Shown: positions 1 to 15,404, numbered from the stretch's first letter. The stretch is DNA of 64,000 nucleotides from Phoronis australis (GCA_002633005.1 NMRA01000030.1:1599015-1663014), one strand, 5' to 3'. Numbers and translations are program-made. The notes: generated by a model from the sequence alone, not told the origin.

Positions 1-140
1 TTGACGTTGCGAGAAGATACCTTCGCCAGGAATCATTGTTTAAAAATGTTTTGACGAGCTTTGGCGTTCCATGCCTCTTAAAAATTTACGATTTTGGCTT
101 CCATTATGACGAGGGTATCTCTGCAAAAGAGTTCACTTGC

Positions 141-2574
<2,434 letters not shown>

Positions 2575-3856
2575 TGTACAGATTTTTTCAGTTCTGGCTT
2601 CTGCAAAACGTGTGCGACCGGCGCAACCTCAGCATGTTGTCTGTTAAATCGCGAGCATGTAACTTTTCACGACAGTCACGTGCGGCTAAGAAACAGTGAA
2701 TTTGCTTTTCAAATATATTGTGTAGTACTAAAGGATCGTAAAAATCCTGTGACATCACAAATAATTTGGTGACGTGTAATCAAAATGGCGTGGAAAACAA
2801 CACTTCGCCGCATTAGAATTGAACAGTATGGTTTGGTGTGAGTACGTCCAAGCTACCATAATAGAAAAATAAGCACATGTTAAACTATACGCATTTCAAT
2901 ATGGTTAATGTTACCGAGGTTAGTGCCGTGAAAATTACCAGATCAATTTTAAACTTGTCGACATTTTTCAATGCGCTCCGATAGTTTGTGGTCATGCTGA
3001 AAATTTTGCTATTGGCCCATGACAATCTATCCTTCGAAAAATGTGGGCTGAAACAGCTCTTTTTGTCTTGTCCAATGAGGTGACTTTCAAAAAATAACCG
3101 GGCCATATTGAAAGTCACTTACCCGCCAGACATCGATAGTTCAGAACGCTAGGAAATCGTAAAACTTAGGTTGCAGATTTCATTAAAATGAGTGAACAGG
3201 CCGTTAACATTTTCCAATATTCGATCGTAAATTATCATTCCTGTTTACAGCTTTTACATGTGCATGACTATGTTCTAATTTTCAATGCCCTTGGGGTTTC
3301 TGTTTCATATGTTACCACTTAATTACACCAAGTCTGCCGGACACAACTTTTTGAAAAAAAAACTCTTTTTATCATCAGGGACACCCAAATGGCACGGGTT
3401 AAAATTGGTCCGGAATACCCATGTTTATGTAATACCAGTCTGAGGGAGGAGCACACAGATTTTACTTGGATTTAAAACAGTTAAAGCTGAGTGCCTAGGC
3501 TTGGCAAAGTTTTAGTGTCCAACCCCTATGTTTCTTATGTGGTTAACTTATGGGTCATCGCGAAATTCGTTGGCCTGTGTTGTAAATCACAGACATCCTC
3601 AACTTCTGATCATCCTCAATACATTATATATAATACCACAAGGCATGACACTCGGAACTAGGAATTTCATGAGTGCTTCATTTCACACAGAAATCTTCCC
3701 AAAAGCCGAGTGTCTGACCTCTTAGTATTAACGATATAGTGTATTTGGGACGATCAGACTCAGACTGGCTGAGGACGCCTGTGGTATAACTCACAGACGT
3801 CTGCAGCTTGTGATCGTACGCAATACACTATACATGTGAATAGCTACATGTACAAC

Positions 3857-4314
3857 AAGGTATGACACTCAGGACTAAAAATTTCATGGGTGCTTCACTA
3901 GTTCACTACAGCCGCCCATATCAAACGCGAAACTCAATAAATTTACACAAAACAGAGGTTCAGCAAACCATGAGCAATTGTTCTTTCTTCTGATAGCATT
4001 TACAGTGTCCTGCTCTGGTCAGCGAGTGCGCAACAAATTCGCGGTCGAAGCACAAATTCTGCCCAAAAAGCAGATGCGTACTGTCAATGTATCCCACGCT
4101 AGTCGATACGGAGTTTTCCGATGACTTAAGGGTGGACAGCAATTGCCGATTTATGATCACCGAAGGTTACGAATGATTTGGATAATGGTGAAGTTATTGA
4201 TGTCGTGACGAATCCCCAATTTCCGTGAGGCACATTGACAGTATGCATCGCCTTTTGGTGAAGATCGCGAATTTGTTGCGAACTCGCTGGAAGAAGACAC
4301 CGTAAATGCTATCA
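3857..4314. mobile_element. Fold-back MITE-like repeat, copy 1 (homologous to 7835-8278)
   Basis: Inverted arms ~3990-4056 and 4263-4314 (ATAGCATTTACAGTGTC..GCAACAAATTCGCG); upstream flank AAGGTATGACACTC..GTGCTTCAC shared with the 7835 copy. Confidence 0.7.
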
Positions 4315-4637
4315 TTTTTTGATTGGATTTAAAACGTTAAGTTAAATACAAATCCTTATAACTCGGTATGTTTTCATGCAATCGACACTTTATTTCATAA
4401 TTTTAATATATTACACATATTCACAACATTGTGTTGTTATTAAATTTTCAATCTTAGTGCAAGTGAGGTTGACCGAGTCCATATTCAAAATGGCGGCGAC
4501 TATGGGCTGCAGGATTTCAAAGTGCATTGTTTGGAAAATCAAGTTTCTGATATAAAATATTCGATGAATTTAAATGTAATTAAGAAAAGATCAAGCTAAT
4601 ATGTCTTGTAACTTTTCCACGTATTTTGCACGAAATT

Positions 4638-5320
4638 AAACGACTTTTTCCATGTCATTTTTAGCAAAAATAAGGTTCTTTGATTATCTCAGACAAATTT
4701 TTCACTTAATTAGAGCTTTTCGTAATTTAATTAATTATTTGTCCTTTACTCCGAAAGTGAGCAGTCCTGCGATATTGAGTAGAGGGAGTGAATACAGGCC
4801 CCGTTCGACACCCAGTGAAGAGGACAATTCGTCGTTCAATGAATAGATGGGTGAGCCAAGCTTTGATAAGCTTATTGAGAACTTGTCTAAAGTATTGGAG
4901 CTACTTAGAAGGTGCCAGGTGCGTGGCGAGGGAGTCACATGGCGGGATGTAAGCAGTTTGTGTGCTCAGGTCACCATCCAGTGGAAGTATGTCACAGGAC
5001 ACTATGGGACAATTGTTCCTCTTTCCGTGAGACGATAATGAGTACATCTCGGTACGCAGAAACAGTTTGGCATGTTGACTGACTGGTAAACAAAAACAAA
5101 CGACGACCGAACTTATCACAACAGAGGTAGAACAATGACTGACTCGGCAGCTCTCACAGGCAGAATATATGAAAATGAATTGGCGAGAAATATTTGCCTC
5201 CCAAAACGTAAAAGACGAGTAATCGTTTATTAAATTACAAAAAGCCTTAATTGAATGAAAAATATGTCTGGGATAATCAACCTTATTTTTGCTAAAAATG
5301 ACATGAAGAAAGGTTGCCTT
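4638..5320. mobile_element. Inverted-repeat element (MITE-like) just downstream of the SDR-A stop codon
   Basis: ~110-bp imperfect inverted arms: CATGTCATTTTTAGCAAAAATAAGGTT.. (4651) vs ..AACCTTATTTTTGCTAAAAATGACATG (5279-5305). Confidence 0.75.
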
Positions 5321-5360
5321 CGCCATTAAGTCGAGCCTAAACGCAAGCTCCTTTGGAAGG

Positions 5361-7708
5361 TCAAAGCTGTTTCATCCAATCGAACGCCCAGTCGGCAAGT
5401 CCAGCTGGCAAAACCGAGAGACAAAAAGCAAACTTGGCTCCAGAGCCAACCAAGTAGCGCCTGCGTGGATTTTTTGACAGAAGAGCGTGGATGTATGCGT
5501 CGACAACCAAGTGCGTTTTGTCAGATGCCGCCGCCATACTCTTCCGGGCGAGTTCTGCCGCTGCGATAAAGAAGGTAAAATTCTGCCAAAGGTTATGTTG
5601 GACCTTATCGACAAGTCTGTACATTTAGCAAAATATCTTCCGTAGCATTAGGTTTATGACTCCATGCCAGTCTGCTATACATTAGGTCTCCTAGTGACCA
5701 TGCTTTTTAAAGAATATTTAGTGAGAAAAAAGTTACATTCATGACAAACTAATAGAATCGATAATATGACCGTCAGACACAATTGCGTACGAAATCAATA
5801 CAAATGTTCAAGACAAAAGATCAAAAACACTGTTACAGTTTCCTATATTACCGTTTCGTTTTCGATGTATGCAAGTTTCAACTACTTTCAAAAAAGATAA
5901 ATTTTTGATTGCCCCTCGTACATAAGCGGAACATTTCAGAAACGATTCCTAATAGCAATTTGTAGAGCAGTGCGCATTTAAGTAAGGTATATCTCAAAGT
6001 TTCACTTGGCATTTCTGAGATGGGGTGTTACGAAGTTGTCCAAAATTGACATTTTGTAGGGTCCTACATAACTTTAAAAATACCATTTTTTAAATTTCAG
6101 TGCAGATCTCTAGATTTCCTCTTCTTTGATCAAGCATACTATCCCTAAAAATTTAAAAAGAAGAATCACATGTTTTCTCAATAACCTGATTGCCGTACAA
6201 TGACTAAATTTAAATAGAGCGTAACGAGTACTGACGAGTTGCAGATAAGAGCTACTTTATTAACGATAAGACCTGTTTCTCACTGAGGGAGGAAGCACAC
6301 ACAGTTATGCTTACCCTTTGCAGCTAATACCCGATCCTTCTCCTTCACTTCAGGGGGCGCCTTTTCCCAAGCAGTAAGCACACCTCGCTCAATTGCCTCT
6401 GGCGTGGTTATTGGCGTTTTAAACACGCCAGGTTCAATTATGCAAACTTTGATCTCTTTAGTTTCTCGCCTGCAATAAACGCTTTGGCATTAAAGTACTT
6501 GCAGTGGTGTTTTACTGCCTTACTCAAGACTTGCTAGGAATATCGTTGGCATCGTATTACTATATCGACCTACAGTGCTCTTCGCATTTTCTTTACAATT
6601 ACTGACAAAGTTAGCTTTAATGTAATACATATTAGCGCAACTAATGCAACCGTTGCTCATCATGGGTATTAGCCATGAAGCTAAAATGAATACCGGTACC
6701 ACAACTCTTCTTTTGTGACTTCACCAAAACTTCGTTCTGTCATCTGATAATGCACATTCGGTATATCACTTGAATCATAAAGGCGGTATTCAACTAAAAC
6801 ACTTGTCATCAGATGAGACTTGTGATTTTCGGTGTGTAGTCGAGTAACTCGCCTTTTTTAAGGTTAGCCATACTTACCTGCTTAGTACGCTTTGTAACGA
6901 GTTATCACATTCACTAGAACAGACTTTTAATATATGACCAGGATTTCAGAGCATTATTTCATACCAGACAATTAGATGGGAAAGACAGTGTTGATATGTA
7001 TTACTCAGACAAATCCGAGTTAAGTGTCCTTTGAAATAGGCCCAAAGTTCGCATGGACTATACTTTTGATTCATTGCAGATCTAACGCGACCAAATAAAC
7101 TAACAGTGCAAGGATAAAAGATGCACACGTTTTGTGCATAGTGTAAATACGGGAAGGCTTTTGCAAGTTGGATTTTGGTTTCCGGCGACCAATCGTACTC
7201 ATATAGAATGCTTTAATGATAATACGAAGGAGTCCTATATTCGAAGTTTGAAGTAAGTCACCTGAGTACATCCGAAAATGCTTCCACGGCGCATTTACTG
7301 ATACAGTAAGGGGAGTTGCCCGGCATGGGAAACAACCCAAGCATACTGCTCATATTCACTACACGCCCTCCCTCTTTACGGACTAGTTGCAGAAACGTTG
7401 TGGTGACGTCGATCGTTCCGTACATATTGACGTTCATGCATAGCTCGTAATCCTTCTTGGTGAGCCATCTGGTCAGGCCTATTGTAGATACACCGGCGTT
7501 GTTGACAATTCCCCACAATCCTGAGTAAATGTAAGATGGAGCGGGGTAAAAAGAGCAATGATTTCGGTTCAAGCATCACAGTACGAGTGATCTACATAAC
7601 CAGAAAGAAGCACGTCCCTTTGGGCGCAGAGTTTAGTAGCTTAGGAAATTTTCAATAGACGTCACTGAAGTCACAGGCGTCCTCTTCTGATAATCTCCAA
7701 TACGCTAT

Positions 7709-7774
<66 letters not shown>

Positions 7775-10700
7775 TTATATTTATATTTATATTTATATTT
7801 ATATTTATATTTATATTTATATTTATATATACTACAAGGTATGACACTCGAGACAAGTATTACGGTGCTTCACTTCAGCCGTCCATATCAAACACAAAAC
7901 AGGGTTTCAACAAACCATTAGTTGTTGTTCTTTCCTCTAATACCATTCACGGTGTCCTGCTCCAGCGAGATCGCAACAAATTTGCGGTCAAAGGACAAAA
8001 ATGTTCCCAAAAAGCCCACGCATCTGTCCTCCTTTGACGGTTCGAGGTCTAGGACGGTACGGAATTATCCGATGAGTTACGGATGGACGGCAATTGCCGG
8101 TTCATCACGGAAAGTTACGAACTGGTGTGGCTAAGCCAAGCATGGAGTTATGGACGTCGTGACACTCCGTGACAAATCGGAAATTGCCATACTGTCCTTG
8201 ACCTCGAACCGTCAAAGGAGGACTGATACGTGGGCTTTTTGGGAACATTTTTGTCCTTTGATCGCAAATTCGTTGAAATTCATAGACAAAAACATGAATA
8301 AATTTCTTAAACATTGTCCGATTTTGATGATTCTTTTTTTAATTTGCACAACTAAATAACTCTTTGCATATGCATATGAGATTCAGTTTGCATTTAGTAA
8401 GTGATCAAAAAAATTATTTGAGACCGTAACACAGTCAACTCTCGAATAGAAACCTTGATTGTGATTTAGCCGATTGTATTGGGAAAGACCAGAAGCTGAT
8501 GACGCCTGTGACTGAAGTATGTATGTAACCCTACGGAGTTTGCTTCAAGATGCACTTCACCGAATTTACACTCAGGCTAAAAACAAAATTCGAGTTAGGG
8601 CTTTTACTCATACACAGGTGGTCTCAAGTTTTCCTTTACCCTGAAAGGGCTTATTTTCTGTTACCATAAAGAACATACGGACCCTCAACTGGTAAAAAAT
8701 GCACCGGAATAGGATCGATATTTTCGGGGTTGGGCAACTATGAAATTAAAAAATGGCGCAGAGAATTCCATTCAAAAATTGGATCAGTCACGCGACGCAA
8801 CAGTCACCATTTCTGTGAGTACATAACTGATCCTAATTAAAAACTAAGTTAGTATTTTTGATATGAAATTAGTTATTTAAGCACTTTAATATACTAGAAA
8901 TATCTTAGGCGATCGTGAAACCATGCAAACGCATGCACGGAAGATTGAATTTCTTACCTTTATGTGATCTGCACGCAGTATTTGTCTAACGTCAAAACTT
9001 TTATAAACAATAAAGGGCTCGGTAATTTTTGAGTTGCTGATACTTGAAAAATCACGCGTATCTAAGTAAAACACATTTTAACCAATCGTGAATCCTATCA
9101 ATCATGCGCACAAAAAAGGGGTTGACGGTCAAAGAGAACTTCAGGCGTACCTGCATGCCCACATGTGCAACACACCGAATGCAGCTGTGACAGTTTTGAC
9201 TAATATCAAATTAAAGCTCGCATACTGTAAGTGCTACAATCATCATCAACAGAAACAGTACACTCTCAAAGGGCACAGCAGGCACCTTTCTTTCAGGTGA
9301 GTAATGGCTCTGTAGTCTTTCCTCACTCATAGATGCCCGTGAAGTTCCTCAAACTTGTCAAAGCGTTTGGCATTCGCACTAACAGCTCGTTTCTGCGAGT
9401 GTGCAACCTATCCCAGCGCTCGACACCGAGCTTGACGCCAAGTCGCATTTGGCGACCGAGAAAATGGGACAAAAGTCCACTAAATCAGCGCAAACGCGCA
9501 ATTCACAGAGGTGCTCCCGTTTTCTTTTATACCGCCCGCCCTTTTGTTAGCAAATGGTCCACAACGTCGGGAATTTGAGCCCCCCATATCGAAGGCTGGG
9601 TGCGCGCATGTGAACACGCGCGTATTTAGGGTATGGGTGTGACTTTTGGGGAGTAGTTTTGACGAATTTCACTTTTTAGGTTGCCAAAAAGATGTACTGC
9701 CAAAACAGCTCTTTAGAGTGTATAAAAATAGGGTAAGACAGCGCCGGATTTATAGGGAGACAGTGGCGCAATCGTCCCGGGCCGGCCCTCCGAGAGGCTC
9801 TATCATTAAAAACCGGAACAGGAAAGACAGTATTTAAATCACCGGTTGACCCTTCAAGAGATGACCTCCTTCAAGGTTTATATACGATTTCAAAAACAAC
9901 CAGGAAAAGAAAGTAAATCGATTCTGTCGTTGGCACCCCCATCCGCAAGTAGAAAGGATATAAATAAAAACAGGAAAATTGTGGCAACGGATCAACTGAA
10001 GGGTCTCCTCCTACGGATGTGGCCCTTAAATATGAACAGGTAATTATGAACAGAAAAAGAGCATCAGCGACCCTCTGCATCAGGTGGAATTCAATTTCAA
10101 CAAAATGAAACAAGAGAGGAAAGGATGAATTCAAAATACGCTTTGCTATAGAGGAGGGACCCCTCCGGATAAACACAGTGTCATCTTAAATGTAAAAAGT
10201 TGAGCCCAGTTCTAAGAAACTGGCTTATGTTCATTTTGGTCTTAAATCTAAGGTTATTTCGCATTCCAACAATCTTAGCTAAGTCTGACTTAAATTTCTA
10301 TCTTAACTTTGAGTGGAGTATCACTTTGTCTTAAGTCGATCTTATGTTTGTCAAAAAGGGCGCCTTTTACATTTGTGAGCGAAGATAATCCGACACAAAG
10401 TTTATCAAGATCGGATTGAATTTGATTTATTTGATGAGTGCTTTAGAAAGGAAAGGGCTACAGTTGGCACACTGGCCACTTGTTTGGGAAATCAATTAGA
10501 ACCGGAGACAGAGGAGATTCATCGACAACGGAGCAACAACAAGCAGCTGCGTTGAGACTACGTATCCGACAGTTTCCTAACTGTTGTCGGTGACACCGAG
10601 GGTGTCGGCAAATCAATCGTGTCAAGCACAGTCACGAAAGTTACAAAATTTCTCCCGACCTCTCGCTCCACAAAGTGGCCGATAACTTCGATCTCTACCG

Positions 10701-12382
10701 ACCGACAATTTCATCAAGTCGCTGGTTTTCCCCAGGTAGATGCAAAACGTGATGGAGTGGTAAGCAAAAACGATAACTATGAGTACGATTGTAAGATACT
10801 GGTAATTCCACTTGTAGATTGTATTGTTCTAAATTCACGCAATTCGTACATGTAAGTACATTCAGTTTTAGCATGTTTAAATAGTCGACATAAAGTTGAT
10901 AACCCGGGCTCAAAACTAGATAGCCTTGGTACAAAGCTGTATACTAAATACTTAATACAGCTTTGCGCCGATGTGGATAAAAAATGACCAGATAAAATAT
11001 GACACAAAATTAGTAGTGTTATTAAAAACTACACACTTATTTGAGTAAATAAATTTATTTTTTGGTTTTGGAAAAATTGGCGTTCTACCGTTATTCTGCT
11101 GCTAAATTTGTGGAGCGATCTTCTGCATCAGTTTTCGGCACCATGAAATATTGCGTCACCTATTGGCAAGTTTCTTTTTTCGCCGATTCTTCTATCAACT
11201 GTTGTTCTTTCACGGGGTTGCGTACACGTCACGACAAATTATTGGAACTGGTTTCATTTCATTAGAAGTTTTTAAAAATTTGATACCAGCAAACCGAATT
11301 TCAGAAGAAATTTTGCTGCTGCCAAGTTATTATCATCTCCCGAGAGATGTCGCAAAAACATAGGAAATGGCGCGTGCGAGAGTATTGTTTTTGAAACGAC
11401 GACATAAGTTTTCTTTATTAGAAAAGGCGGAGGATTACGCAATAAAATGACGTTCATTAGATTGTTTTTCACTTAAACGGCTTTAACGGGCGAGGTGAGT
11501 GTCGGTTGATTCCCAGATTTTGCATGCACCCCGTCCGGTCTGTAGCTTTACATGTTGATAATACAAGTTTCACGGCGAGGTGACGAGCAGAACTACCCTG
11601 GCTGTGTGCAATTTTGGGGTCTACGGAAGAAATACACATTATTGGTACCTAGCTGTATTTTGACGACAGTCTTCATACAGCTATCTGGTTGGCTAGGTGC
11701 GCCCATGGAATCGGTCGTCAAAAATTCACCCATGGTGCATGCACGTGCTGGACTAGGAAAGAATAATGCATTGAGCTTTGACGGATCACACATGATGAAA
11801 AAGCCGGAAGTATCGGCATTCCTAACGCAAAGTTGCAATTGCAGTGTAAGGATATCTCAACTGGGGAAATTTAGGCGCGTACTAAGATACGTGGGTAACC
11901 TACATTGTACACGCATTATTTCATATTTACGTTACCGTCAATTTTTGTTGTTATAAATATTAAATTACATTAAGTAAAACTCAGAATTCCTCACCTGTGT
12001 TTTCTGGCAGCAGTTTTTCCACGTGATCCTTTGCGGCAGCTAGACTTTCCGGCTTGGTGACGTCCAGTTTAATAGCAGTGCATCTACGCGATGTAGCGAT
12101 ATTCAGCTTTTCCAAACCGTCATCCGTGAGGCATCCGGCTATCACGCCACATCCTAAGTTATCGAGATATTTAACCAAGTCGTTTCCAAATCCACTGTCA
12201 CACCCCGTCACTAGAATATATCGGCGCGAAAGGTTTGCGATGAATTCGTCTTTCCGCCACCAAAGGTAGAGTGGAAAGGCAGCAGCGCTGACTAGGAGTA
12301 GAACAGCACCTATTGAAGCTGCAGACCCTTCGGTGTTCAATACCCAGTCTTTTAACCCTGCCACACAAGCCTGTATCGTCAT
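5361..12382 (-). CDS. SDR9C-family short-chain dehydrogenase/reductase (RDH16/HSD17B6/BDH1-like), paralog A; complete, 4 coding exons, ~333 aa
   Basis: Exons 11995-12382, 7262-7520, 6315-6469, 5361-5560 (388+259+155+200=1002 nt, all GT-AG, phases consistent). TM segment, TGCDSGFG, VNNAG, YCISK, IEPGVFKT, ALLSKNPRRRYLVG C-terminal motif typical of SDR9C. Confidence 0.93.
5940..6170 (+). repeat. Old interspersed repeat fragment (second copy ~32540-32780)
   Basis: Shared blocks AAAGTTTCA..CATTT.TGAGATG..CCAAA.TTG.ACATTTT.TAGGGTCCTA.ATAAC at both loci. Confidence 0.5.
7707..7830. repeat. Compound (TA)n / (TTTATA)n microsatellite
   Basis: Directly visible. Confidence 0.97.
7835..8278. mobile_element. 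Fold-back MITE-like repeat, copy 2
   Basis: ~110-bp inverted arms 7972-8083 and 8176-8276 (CAAAGGACAAAAATGTTCCCAAAAAGCCCACG vs CGTGGGCTTTTTGGGAACATTTTTGTCCTTTG). Confidence 0.8.
10202..10911 (+). mobile_element. Internally deleted PIF/Harbinger element with degenerate Harbi1-like transposase fragment
   Basis: TIR-like GAGCCCAGTT..AACCCGGGCTC; frameshifted remnants AALR..SFLTVVGDTEGVGKSIVSSTVTKVT..FHQVAGFPQV resemble the Harbinger HTH/GFP motifs. No clean TSD seen. Confidence 0.7.
10921..11695 (+). mobile_element. Non-autonomous TAG..CTA DNA transposon (AcademH-like), uninterrupted ~775-bp copy in SDR-A intron
   Basis: Termini TAGCC..GGCTA, each followed by an AGCTGTAT-n-ATACAGCT hairpin; reverse-complement homologous to 13020-13760 (ORFs 11062+ and 13444- are homologous). 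No TSD on this copy. Confidence 0.8.
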
Positions 12383-13759
12383 GTCTCTGGTTAGGAAACA
12401 AAGACAGAGAGAAAAGAGTTCATGGTGTATGCGCTTTCACGTACACGTGAATCAGGCTCGATCTGTATTCAAAAATCTTTAGTAAATATCAAAAAAATAC
12501 GCTTGAAATGTGTAGTAAAAGGTCTTGAAATCGACAGCAAACGTGGCTCGATCAAACAAAGACAAACGTGCAGAGGGTCTTATTTAATGGCAAAAGAAAG
12601 CGGGTGATTACAGTAGGCTAAGCCTATAACCTGGACAGAGCAGCTGCTCTCCCCTGTCTCTAGAATTGGAAATGGGGCGTGCGCGTCACGAGCGTATTCT
12701 TTTAAAACGACGACATAGCTCTTCTTTGTTAGAAAAGCCGGAGGATTACGCATAGAACTGACGTTTATTAGATTGTTTTCTTCTTAAACGGCTGTAACGG
12801 GAACGGTGAGTGTTGTTAGATTCCCAGATTTTGCATGCACCCCGTGCGGTCTATAGCTCCACAAGATGATACAGGCTTCACGGCGAGTTGGGCAGAACTA
12901 CTTTGGCTGTGTGCAATTTCGGGCTCTATGGAAGAAAAACACACAGTGGTACCTAGCCAGCCAAGTAGCTGTATGAAGACTACAACTCGGTACCACTGTG
13001 GGTTAATCTTCCATAGACCTAGCCTGCCAGCTAGCTGTATGAAGACTGTCGTCAAAATACAGCTAGGTCCCACTGTGTGTATTTCTTCCGTAGACCCCGA
13101 AATTTCACACAGTCTGGGTAGTTCTGCTCGTCACCGCGCCGTGAAACTTGTATCAGCATGTAAAGCTAAAAACCGGACGGTGTGCATGCAAAATCTGGGA
13201 GTCAACCGACACTTACCTTTCCCGTTACAGCCGTTTAAGTGAAAAACAATGCAATAAACGTCATTTTCTTGTGTAACTCTCCGCCTGTTCTAACAATGAA
13301 AAGTATTTCGTCGTTTTGAAAAAATTACACTCGTGTCGCGCGCACGCGCCATTTCCTAAATTTTTGCGACATCTCTCGGGTGATGATGATAGCTTGGCAG
13401 CAGCAAAATTTCTTCTGAAATTCGATTTTTCGGTATCAAAATTCTAAAAACTTATAATAAGTGAAACCAGTTCTGACAATTTGTTGTGACGTGTAAGCAA
13501 GCTCGTGAAAGAACAACAGTTGATTGAAGAATCGGCGAAAAAAGAAACTGGCCAATAGGTGACGCAATATTTCACGGCGCCGAAAGCCGTCGCTAACGAT
13601 CGCTCCACAACTTTAGCAGCAGAATAACGGTAGAACGCCATTTTTGCCAACAAAGTTAAATAATTTAGTTTACTCAAGGAAGACTGTAGTTTTTAATGAC
13701 ACCAAATTTGTGTTAGATTTTATCTTGCCAGTTTTTACCCACATCGGTGTAAAGCTGTA

Positions 13760-15404
13760 TAGTCCGGATACCTATCGTCGTCAGGCTCCAAAGGTCGTCC
13801 GCCATCTTCTTTCGCGTGCAGCGCAGCCACGCGGGACTTAGCTTTCCAATTCGAGGAGGCAGTGTGGCCTGGTTGATAAGTGCCCGCTTTCTTTACTCGA
13901 GGTCGTGGGTTCAAGTCCCACCAGGTCACACTGCTAAACCCTTGAGCCAGGTTTCTAGCTCCTCAGCTCGGTTTTAACCATATATCAATAAAGCATAAAA
14001 ATATTTCCAGGTGATCATCAGTGCAATGGGCCCACATGCGAGGTCTGCGCACGTCTGGTACAACGTGTATCAGACCACCTGCAATTATTTTTTTTAGCTT
14101 TCCAATTTGGAGTGCTCGTCTGCGCGTTAGGTACTAACCTCTCTGGAGAAACACGCATGGAATAACTGAGACTAAAATTAATGCATTTACCGACTGTTTT
14201 TTTTTTGAGACCACTTAAAAACTTGTAGATTTTACTAATGCACTTTTTTGCTCATTTTCAGAAGATATTTTCGAAATTAAAATTTCTTCAGACGGAACAA
14301 AAAGCAACTCAGGGATTGTTTATGCAATGTATCTATTTGTCCCAGGCACTAACCAAAGCCTGTTAGGCCAAAGGAAAAACGCAGCAGACAAATGGAACAC
14401 GCTGGGTGCTTAACAGTTTCGGCCCACGCCTTGGTCATCAAAATATTGTCCACTTGTTTTTTTATTGCAAAACAAAGTACTGAGCTCAAAATTTATGTTG
14501 CATTTTTTTATTAAAGCATTTTGAATTTATTTGAAGAAAATTAAAATACTTGAATTGATAGAGAATGGCCACCAATAAAGTATATCATTGACTTTATTTC
14601 ACTATTATATTGCATACAGTGTAATTGTTACATACAACACACCATGATATAATCAAAAATAAAAGAAGAGATTGAGCAATAAAATTCAAATGCGACTTGG
14701 GTATTTATTTATTTATTTATGATTGCAAAAGCCTGTTAAAGATGAGAAAAAATCAAACAATACGATTATGGGTAATTTATTTGAACAATTGTATTGAGGT
14801 TCAATGATCAACTTGCGCCGACAAAGTCTCAAAGGGTTATAGTTCTGTTCTGGCTGACAAGGTGTTAACAGAGAATGAAGAGAAACTGAAACGAAAAAGT
14901 TAGACAGCAAAGATAAGTGGTGTTAAGTACAACAAGAGCAAAAAGTCAAATAAAGAGGTCACAAACAGAAAATAAGTCTAAGTTCTATCTGGAATAAAAC
15001 AATCCAGGGCTCAGCCGCGATTTATTTTCCAGAACTGAAATTATAAATCAATTTTAATCGATTTAAAAATCGATATACTAGTAGAGCAGTTTGTGGTTGA
15101 AGTAGAATTGCTGTAAACCACTTTCCACTATTTTCTTGGCCTTTTTCTGTGTGGTTTTCTGTTCTTTCAAAAGGCGGCAGCATATGACGACCATAGGAGT
15201 TATTATAAAATGGCTGCCGAAAAGCAATGCACAGTTGAACAACTCGGCATAAGTAAAAGAAAACATTTGAATCAACGAATACTATATATTTGTGAGAGTA
15301 AAATCAAATCCTATTCATATCATAACTTTGAAGTGGAATAATTGGGTGAGTACGACAACAAGCCGGTTTTATGCTTAGGCGGACGACCATTGGGTTTCCG
15401 AGTA
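13760..15404. mobile_element. Unclassified ~1.65-kb TIR element D inserted in the terminal hairpin of copy C
   Basis: Left end TAGTCCGGATACC..GGTCGTCCGCC vs reverse complement of right end TACTCGGAAACCC..GGTCGTCCGCC; splits C's AAAGCTGTA|..ATACAGCTTT hairpin. TSD ambiguous (TA, or TGTA/TATA). Confidence 0.6.
13853..13970 (+). mobile_element. tRNA-derived SINE
   Basis: A-box GTGGCCTGGTTG, B-box GGTTCAAGTCC, then SINE-body-like CCCTTGAGCCAGG; not a complete tRNA. Confidence 0.7.

Noticed and set aside
121-140. 20-nt GC..AG micro-intron in SDR-B
   Set aside because: Too short for a normal spliceosomal intron, and the resulting frame stops within five codons with no exon-4 similarity.
9103-9610. 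Possible CATGCGC-ended element (similar end at 878-892)
   Set aside because: Left end weak and flanks TCAAT/TGAAC do not form a TSD; boundaries unsupported.
11062-13677. Pairs of homologous short ORFs (11062+/13444-, 11552+/12816-) suggesting a small gene family
   Set aside because: They are translations of copies of the same non-coding transposon, with non-ATG starts and inconsistent stops.
13853-13930. Possible tRNA gene
   Set aside because: A and B boxes present but no acceptor or anticodon stems; continues into SINE-like body.
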